Source: a virus. From it: a DNA stretch of 64,000 bases. The stretch lies in the IMG/VR virus record IMGVR_UViG_3300031857_022279; one strand, 5' to 3'. A program made the position numbers and the translations under genes. Positions 58,101 through 64,000 of the stretch are shown here, one piece after another. Every line of letters starts with the position of its first letter. Position 1 is the stretch's first letter. The notes beneath the pieces are model-generated. The model was given only the letters and a program-made list of their open reading frames with translations. It had not been told where the DNA came from and did no database searches.

Positions 58101-61100
58101 AATAGATGGTACAACTAGGACAATTTCTAATCAGTACTTCATATATGGTAATGATAATCCAATTGCCTATGATCCAGAAAACGAAGCAGTCTATACTTTT
58201 TATGAAGGCACTAATTTATATAAAGTCGATAATAATACCGCAACAAGTATACCGCTAATTTCCACCGGAACATTCAACAGTTTACTTTTTAATAATTTGA
58301 CTAGTACGATTAATTCATCGTCGAATTTAGGTTATAATTCACTTTTACTTAGTGACGCTACAATTGAATTCAGTGTATCACCTTCTGATTATGGATACCA
58401 GGCCTTAAATCAATATGATGGTGATATTTATATAGGTGGAACTTCACAAATACTTACGATAGATGCTACAAATGGTCAAACTAAAAATGTTCAATCATAT
58501 CCTGGTGGTGCTGTCACAAAATTAATTTATAATCCGGATAGAAGAAGTATTTGGTCAATTCAGCCTGATACAAATCTTGTAATTGAGATTCAAGTTGTTT
58601 TGAGTTCATACTTTGAACTTGAGACAACAGTTGCTACGCCATCTAACGATACATTTTACGGAACACTTAGTCCTGATTACAAAGACCGTGATTATTTATG
58701 GTTGAGCGTTAGAGAATACATAAGAAGACCAAGAGAAAACTTTAATGACGAACCTATTGTTAGTTTATATTGGAGATGGTTTTCTGACAACGTTCCCGAA
58801 TTCTTTCTCTATGATTTCTCAGGAACTCAGTTACCAACGACTGGTGTTCTTGCATATACTGGTGAAAAACCTTTACCAAATCCTGTTTTAAATAAATCAG
58901 CTAATAGAGATATTAAGAAAATTAGTGACCCTTCTGTTCAGCAGACAATTTTCGACTCAATAGAACACGATCTGGAATATGTTGATGATAATGAAGATAT
59001 AAGTGTTGTACCAGAACCTATTCAACTTTTTATTGGATATAATTCTAAAAACGAGGGAGGTCTAAGAAGTATTTTACAACTGTATAAAAGAGAAGATATT
59101 GACTTTACCATAACTACTACAAATTCAAATTATGATATAATCACTATCGAGACAATCGTTGATCGAATAAGTGGAGATGTTTATGGTAAAATATCACTTG
59201 ATACCAACTCAACCTCATTTTTTACTTCGAACTCCTCAGGAGTCACAAGAGGATTCAAAAGGGGACAACATTTGGCGATATTTATTAAAGATGTCACTAA
59301 TAGTAAACGTCAATATGTTTCTATTAACAGTGGTTATTTAGTAAAGATTAGAGAAGTTTATACAAGAGAATTGATAGTCGACTTCTTTAAATCAGTTGAT
59401 AGATTTCAGACTGAAAAAACAGTGATTAGTAACTACCCAAAAACGGGAAATACAACCTACCTATCAGTAAGATTCAAAGTTTGGGACAGAGAAATTGGTA
59501 GATTCAATATATTGGGTCAAACCGAAATAGAGGATGTTAGGTATCACACTGAATTGAATAATGTTGGTAAATTAGTATCATCTGACGATGTTTATATTTT
59601 CAAAGAATATGATATAAAAGAAGAGGGAATTGATTGGAATTATTTGAATGCTAAAAGAAAAGAAATGCTTTTGGTAAAACACTTAATTTACCCTTACATC
59701 GGAGCCTATAAATCAATTATAAATGCAATAAATTACTTTGGATATAATGATTTAGAACTTTACGAATATTATAGAAATATAGATGATGAGTCTGAAAATT
59801 TTGGTAAACTTTTCAAAGTTGAAATACCTGATATCTTTGATAATACTGTTGAGGGGTGGAAAGACAATGATTTTATTAAGCATACTTTTCCAAATCCTAA
59901 ATTTGAAGATACAAATTTATTTAATTTAACTTTCAGAATTACTGATAAAGAGGGTAATAATGTTCTTTACTATACCTTGGAAGAAGTTCAGAAAAAATTA
60001 CAAGGATTGAAATATTGGCTTCAGAAGAATATAATACCAATTACACATAAAATACTTGATATAACTGGAAGAGCTGATTTTGTCGGTGGCACAACCTTAG
60101 TACATTTGACTAGAGACGCTCAAATTTTCAGAATAAATGAGAATTACACACCAATTCTATTTGATCTAAACGAGGCTTATTTGCTACCAGTAAATAGTGG
60201 ATCAACTGTATATAATTGTGTTTTAGACTTTTACATAAATGAGCAAGTATCGAAGACTCTTCTTCCTCAATATTTTACAATTGATATTAAGACGTATGAA
60301 ATCTATAGAGAGTGGTATGCATTTAGAACCTATCAAATCGGTGAAAGAGTTGTTTATTATGATAAGTTATATGAGTCGGTCGTAAGTAACAATAGAACTA
60401 ATAATCCAAGAAAATTCGAAAACGCTGAAGTTTGGCAAGTTAATACTGCATACAAATTGACCGATGTTGTTTCTTACGATAGACTAATTTACATTTGGAC
60501 TGGACAAGCTGGTGCTACATTTTCAACTATATCTCCAGTTTTAGACGAGGGAGTTGGTAGTAACTGGTTAAATATTACTGAATGGAAGTTAATTGATCTA
60601 GTTCCAGTTGAAAAGATAACAGAATATAGGGATTTAAGTGGTGTTAACGGATTAAGAAATTTGATGCCGTTTAACTTTACAGTAGATTCTAATATCACAC
60701 CTTATTTAGTAATTGAAGTAACCTCTGATAATGGTTATGGACTTACTTATAGAGACAGAAAGAATTTTGAGATAAAGGGTATACTGGATATTCAAGAAAT
60801 AGAAGCATTTGCAAACTTGACAACAAAGCAATATAGAGATGCTACTACACCAGTAGTTTACGCAGATATTTCAACAGTACCAGATTTATCGATGTCTGCT
60901 GGAGCATTTGCTGTTGTTTCGTCAGACTTGTCTGGTAATCCAACAAATCGACCTTACTCTGATCTTTCTGGAAATGTTGTTTATCCAAGTATACAACACG
61001 AGTTCCCTTATACGATCACTAACAATTCATCATTTACTGTAAATCAGTTCAAAATTGAATTTAGTGGTGATTTTGCATTCTTGAATAATCCTTATGTTGT

Positions 61101-61797
61101 GAGTACTCAGGGAAGTGCATATGTAACAGGACTTGATATGTATTGGAATGGTTCACTCGCTCCAGCACAGTCTGTCACTGTGAGAGTAAGAGCTAATGTT
61201 ACTAGCGGTGGTAAAGCATACTGGGTAGATAATCCGAATACTGCAAATAACCAGTCATATGTTCCAGTTGAAGATCCATCTTTTGCATATAATGTAGTTT
61301 CGAAATTGGCATCAGGAACGAATTACGGTGTAACATTCTCAACTTCTGCGAATCTAACAGTAAGTTATCGAATACTTTATTACAGGCAAGTTGCAATTGG
61401 GGCACTGGTAAATCCTACCGATCCTATACCTGGACAGTTCCAAATATTTACATTCTCACAACAGGGAATTAATATAATTGGTCTTTCTGACTCAGTAATA
61501 TATGGTACTAATTATGCTACCGTAGCTGATGGATTTAATAATGTTCTAGGAGACTTCGGATACGCTTACTATCAATCAAGAACATCAGGTGCGAACTTTA
61601 GACCTACATTCTTAGTAGCCACTTGGTATACACCATCTCTTTTTAATTCTAGTGTCTACTATACTGGTCCCACACCAACCTTAGCAGGATTTAGTGTTGG
61701 TAATCCTAATTTTAACGCTGATTTTGCATCTACACTACAGTTTGGTACAAATTCTACATCTGGTGGATGGACTATTGCTAACTATTACTATCCATAA
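55153..61797 (+). CDS. Very large baseplate wedge-like structural protein with beta-propeller and CBM5/12-like modules
   Basis: 2214 aa; YIGAYKSIINAINYFGY wedge-like motif; propeller-like repeats; YYATGSQVIWDNRIYQC and YQIGERVVYYDKLYES motifs; adjacent to gp25. Confidence 0.6.
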   Translation: MQSLVFFDKEGNPLNFYYNQSVGRYEGDILFPENSDDTFKTQALYLFEKIDAFEYENVDYLTLKKFQLFNEYGFHFYPGVASQSVTKIEPVNQESAYYSKWIYSKNIESKYKKGTFVKFNSPIFEFTNPNRIYAVVGSKKDAICVLSLLDNNTFETNYGGLYGLTSSYDNIYVEGVDIIGIYNYITPDLRDTLSLWNEPSFYDRLYQYRRLNLVNTEKNDNYRRTKKYDDVEVVTIENPNILDIVHFEYNCSSIPENTTLWMEVITRTDLPRVYKAGLSFSTSGSVLNFDNPVPRILKPGVEFKVPNSSLNLDFYKVTSIPIFTGNNTLTYYATGSQVIWDNRIYQCIQAYTWSGATYSVQPTGTTTSELYWGNATYLPIEPSSSSGAIVNESLVGGEIYLTTDHLYFSQSFTQSVEVTLASTVEKFNQELKILDIDLYYKDYALRADLIYPTNYAVVNFYHTEIGPTYSVGGLKSVYERCIQVEERLTKEFNYNYSENWNYNIVFTDIDEFGIIIKINKMVYGERIDWIYSSGLVDMERTIDSTLRNWLTRHFLSLNTLGILPSLTTVGYASVYYNTITLQTDFPNVPIEFSVQVGTTADYYIEHSIVTFFDLGKNLSIKINGRTYEELVVYSGSTPDIAQTLENWVENWSETVNDFGIYVSNAASSLKFNVKKQSQRVSLDINVGKSSLPGIQNYRIIERATGNLGALITSNEILLGTASGESLEEVGFATGQVIGINKTFYPLQNIEYNSLYLNPDTINLSYEGPFWGLTDSLCSSAPFTTVAFTIGWGQTGCPPSFSPSLLRGMYDEQAYNTSFSIEYIFSNTYNSNTFEGVANMVDISYVEPANCIYVLGDSLRVFDSTLANVISDIDISGLTASRELCYNNVSSYIYALSENALYKIDPFIHQVVASFSFASTAYSIQLNKKNGDIYVSFNAASQLYVYDINDSLTVITTPFATLGMVFNDFEEDMYVNTNAVGLLRIDGTTRTISNQYFIYGNDNPIAYDPENEAVYTFYEGTNLYKVDNNTATSIPLISTGTFNSLLFNNLTSTINSSSNLGYNSLLLSDATIEFSVSPSDYGYQALNQYDGDIYIGGTSQILTIDATNGQTKNVQSYPGGAVTKLIYNPDRRSIWSIQPDTNLVIEIQVVLSSYFELETTVATPSNDTFYGTLSPDYKDRDYLWLSVREYIRRPRENFNDEPIVSLYWRWFSDNVPEFFLYDFSGTQLPTTGVLAYTGEKPLPNPVLNKSANRDIKKISDPSVQQTIFDSIEHDLEYVDDNEDISVVPEPIQLFIGYNSKNEGGLRSILQLYKREDIDFTITTTNSNYDIITIETIVDRISGDVYGKISLDTNSTSFFTSNSSGVTRGFKRGQHLAIFIKDVTNSKRQYVSINSGYLVKIREVYTRELIVDFFKSVDRFQTEKTVISNYPKTGNTTYLSVRFKVWDREIGRFNILGQTEIEDVRYHTELNNVGKLVSSDDVYIFKEYDIKEEGIDWNYLNAKRKEMLLVKHLIYPYIGAYKSIINAINYFGYNDLELYEYYRNIDDESENFGKLFKVEIPDIFDNTVEGWKDNDFIKHTFPNPKFEDTNLFNLTFRITDKEGNNVLYYTLEEVQKKLQGLKYWLQKNIIPITHKILDITGRADFVGGTTLVHLTRDAQIFRINENYTPILFDLNEAYLLPVNSGSTVYNCVLDFYINEQVSKTLLPQYFTIDIKTYEIYREWYAFRTYQIGERVVYYDKLYESVVSNNRTNNPRKFENAEVWQVNTAYKLTDVVSYDRLIYIWTGQAGATFSTISPVLDEGVGSNWLNITEWKLIDLVPVEKITEYRDLSGVNGLRNLMPFNFTVDSNITPYLVIEVTSDNGYGLTYRDRKNFEIKGILDIQEIEAFANLTTKQYRDATTPVVYADISTVPDLSMSAGAFAVVSSDLSGNPTNRPYSDLSGNVVYPSIQHEFPYTITNNSSFTVNQFKIEFSGDFAFLNNPYVVSTQGSAYVTGLDMYWNGSLAPAQSVTVRVRANVTSGGKAYWVDNPNTANNQSYVPVEDPSFAYNVVSKLASGTNYGVTFSTSANLTVSYRILYYRQVAIGALVNPTDPIPGQFQIFTFSQQGINIIGLSDSVIYGTNYATVADGFNNVLGDFGYAYYQSRTSGANFRPTFLVATWYTPSLFNSSVYYTGPTPTLAGFSVGNPNFNADFASTLQFGTNSTSGGWTIANYYYP

Positions 61798-61803
61798 TAT
61801 GGA

Positions 61804-62181
61804 TTATACAATAAATGCAGAGACTTCTAATTCAGAAATTTTGAAATCAATTTGCATAACTTCTTGCCATCTTTCTGGGTCCTCGAATATTTTTACTTCA
61901 AGTCCGTAATTTGTCAGATCTAATTCTGGTATGTATTTTTTGATTTGTTTTTGAATTGTAGACTTAACTCCTTGTGAAGAAATTTTGGTTTGATGAAGTA
62001 ATAGTATTAAGTCACATCCAAAGTCGGGATCGCCCAAAAGTTCACCCTTATTTGTAAAGATTATCATTTCATATTTTTGAACAATAACCCTTAGTGCATC
62101 ATCCTCAATAATTTTATTAAGTTGAAATTTAGGGTGACCTGGATATCCAATATAATGGTCTTTAAAGTCTAATTCAGCCAT
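61804..62181 (-). CDS. gp25: gp25-like baseplate wedge protein
   Basis: IIFTNKGELLGDPDFGCDL...YIPE. Confidence 0.85.
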   Translation of the reverse strand: MAELDFKDHYIGYPGHPKFQLNKIIEDDALRVIVQKYEMIIFTNKGELLGDPDFGCDLILLLHQTKISSQGVKSTIQKQIKKYIPELDLTNYGLEVKIFEDPERWQEVMQIDFKISELEVSAFIV

Positions 62182-62201
62182 AGACTATATATTTTTATAA
62201 T

Positions 62202-63173
62202 CTATTTGCCTATTAGTATTTTTCTAAACTTACCTAAGACTGTCATTCCTAGAATAATTGGATCTGTATTTGTCTCTAACTTTGAAGTATTTTCTGAAAT
62301 TATATAAGTAAGATCAAATAGTTTATCAATATTTTCTCTCTTTTCAGATATAGACCAATCAATAAAATTTTTTCCTAGAAGTTTAAATAAAATATCAATT
62401 TTATCTTGACCAAAATTTGACATCAAAAAGTGATAAATCTTTTCAAAGTCTGCAGATTCATCATATAAAAAATTATATAGGTCTAATTTTAATTTATTAG
62501 AAATATTTGATGTTTCGAGACTAAGATTTCCGGTATCTTTTAGATTTTGAAGTTCTACAAACATTCCTCTGAAGTCGGGAAATTTTTTATTTATCAGAGT
62601 AACAAGATCATCTTTAGATATAGAGAATTCTTCTTCCTTAGAAATCTGGTTTGTAATTCTTTTGTAAATTTCTTGCTTTAAAAATTTCTCTTCAGTGTGA
62701 TCTTTACAGTCAAAATCAATTATTGTAAATCTAGATTTAATCCCATCAGAAATTTTATTCAAATGATTTGTAGTTAGAATAAATCTAACATTTTTGTGAT
62801 ATTGTTCAATGAAGGCTTTAAGCGCATCTTGATATTGAGAAGAAACCCTTTCAAACTCATCTAGAAAGATATACTTGATGGGGTCATCTGTTTCTAACAT
62901 TGGTTGAGTTTTACAGAATTTCTCAACATCACTTCTCAGAGTTTCAATTGATGTATAAAGTGAGCTATTAATCTCAAGAAAAGCTTTATCCTTTGTATAC
63001 TTTCCTATTAATATCCTAGCTAAAGAAGTTTTCCCAGTTCCGTAATGTCCCGAAAATATATAATTTTTTGTTATACCATTTTCGAAATGTTGTCTAATTC
63101 TTGGGAGTAAAATTATGTCTTCTAGTGTTTTTGGCCTGTATTTTTCCCAAAGAAGTAGATTTTTTAACGACAT
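62202..63173 (-). CDS. gp44: Clamp loader ATPase subunit (gp44/RFC-like)
   Basis: LWEKYRP, GHYGTGKTS, INSS, LDEFE, SRF, FPDFR. Confidence 0.92.
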   Translation of the reverse strand: MSLKNLLLWEKYRPKTLEDIILLPRIRQHFENGITKNYIFSGHYGTGKTSLARILIGKYTKDKAFLEINSSLYTSIETLRSDVEKFCKTQPMLETDDPIKYIFLDEFERVSSQYQDALKAFIEQYHKNVRFILTTNHLNKISDGIKSRFTIIDFDCKDHTEEKFLKQEIYKRITNQISKEEEFSISKDDLVTLINKKFPDFRGMFVELQNLKDTGNLSLETSNISNKLKLDLYNFLYDESADFEKIYHFLMSNFGQDKIDILFKLLGKNFIDWSISEKRENIDKLFDLTYIISENTSKLETNTDPIILGMTVLGKFRKILIGK

Positions 63174-63208
63174 TGTATAGAGATTAAAATGTTTTTATAT
63201 ATACTAAC

Positions 63209-64000
63209 ATGATAGGTCAAAAGTTTAATTTTGATGAAGTATTCTTCAGAGATTTGACAGTCTGTGTACTCGATACATTAGAGGGTAGATTAAATTGGAT
63301 AAACAGATTTACAAGTGGTGATATTTCGGTACAAGTTCCGATTTATTATTCACTGAGTGGAGATGAGAGATTTCTACTTGATTCTTTTCAAGATGACATA
63401 GTTTCAGAGAATCGATACGTAGAGTTGAATACTGATATTATACCAAGAGGTCATTTAACACTCAATAACTTTAATATAAGATCCGATGAATTTAGAAATC
63501 CAAATGTTTGGTTAAGAGCAGTAGTTGAAGATAATGTTGAGGTAAAAAAATTATTGAAGCAAGTAAGAGCTATTCCAATAACAGTAAACTATGATTTAGC
63601 AATCTATTTAAAAAATGAAATTGATGTTTTCAAGTGTTCGCAAGAAATTATGAATACTCTCTGGCTTTATAGATTCATATATTTTGAACATAATTATATG
63701 AATATTGATGCTGTGATGACTGTTCCCGATTCGAATAATGTTGAAATACAACGTGAGAAAAATCTAAAAAGTGACAATACTATAAAACTCTCTTTAAGTT
63801 TAGAAGTTCAGACATATTATCCAGCATTTACATCAAGAAAAGATTGTAAAATTGAAACTACAGCGGCCCTTATTAAGGGTAGTAATATTATAAAAGTTGG
63901 ACCGGTTTTCACAAAAACTTGTTATGGATTCAAACCAGTTACCGTTTCTATCGGTGATATTAAAGTGGGTCAACAATTTAATTCTATACCGAATTTTATA
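63209..64000 (+). CDS. gp15: Tail sheath stabiliser/completion protein (gp15-like), partial
   Basis: Hand translation MIGQKFNFDEVFFRDLTVCVLDTL...VPIYYS...IPRG...AIPITVNYDL...LSLEVQTYYP; open to the window end. Confidence 0.75.
   Translation, partial: MIGQKFNFDEVFFRDLTVCVLDTLEGRLNWINRFTSGDISVQVPIYYSLSGDERFLLDSFQDDIVSENRYVELNTDIIPRGHLTLNNFNIRSDEFRNPNVWLRAVVEDNVEVKKLLKQVRAIPITVNYDLAIYLKNEIDVFKCSQEIMNTLWLYRFIYFEHNYMNIDAVMTVPDSNNVEIQREKNLKSDNTIKLSLSLEVQTYYPAFTSRKDCKIETTAALIKGSNIIKVGPVFTKTCYGFKPVTVSIGDIKVGQQFNSIPNFI

Noticed and set aside
3743-61909. Many short antisense or nested ORFs in the track (for example 3743, 8624, 16231, 18958, 40238, 47697)
   Set aside because: They lie wholly within well-supported genes on the other strand or frame and have no motifs; they are shadow ORFs of codon bias.
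1-64000. Alternative genetic code (stop reassignment) as seen in some huge phages
   Set aside because: Long genes are intact under code 11, and TAA, TAG and TGA all end genes at sensible positions.
1-64000. tRNA, rRNA, group I/II introns
   Set aside because: No cloverleaf or T-loop signature and no unexplained GC-richer intergenic block was seen by eye. A tRNAscan/Infernal run would be needed to exclude them fully.

Overview
A 64 kb segment of an AT-rich, T4-like jumbo myophage genome with scrambled gene order. It carries replication and recombination genes (family B polymerase C-terminal half, probable sliding clamp, clamp loader, UvsX, gp47), packaging genes (TerL, probable TerS) and morphogenesis genes (tail sheath, tail tube, gp15, gp25, gp26/gp51-like, a 2959-aa tape-measure-like protein, a 2214-aa baseplate protein). 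It also carries host-like accessory genes: ferritin, PPK2, PLP aminotransferase, ClpS, an M43 protease with a type IX secretion signal, and a small lipoprotein. The T9SS signal, the lipoprotein and A-rich translation starts without Shine-Dalgarno sequences point to a Bacteroidota host (inference). The standout observation is that the DNA polymerase gene is interrupted inside catalytic motif B by a 38-nt non-coding gap. The gap has matched GCT take-off and landing codons, a stop codon, a GC-rich hairpin, an SD-like GAGGGG and an upstream 12-bp stem-loop. This is the architecture of T4 gene 60 programmed ribosomal bypassing. Also notable are an atypically split intein in TerL, a capsid-targeting-like N-terminal motif shared by about 17 ORFs including enzymes, and a candidate TTAATATATAA late promoter. 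I saw no tRNA, rRNA or CRISPR array. All family assignments come from motif recognition by eye; no database search was run.
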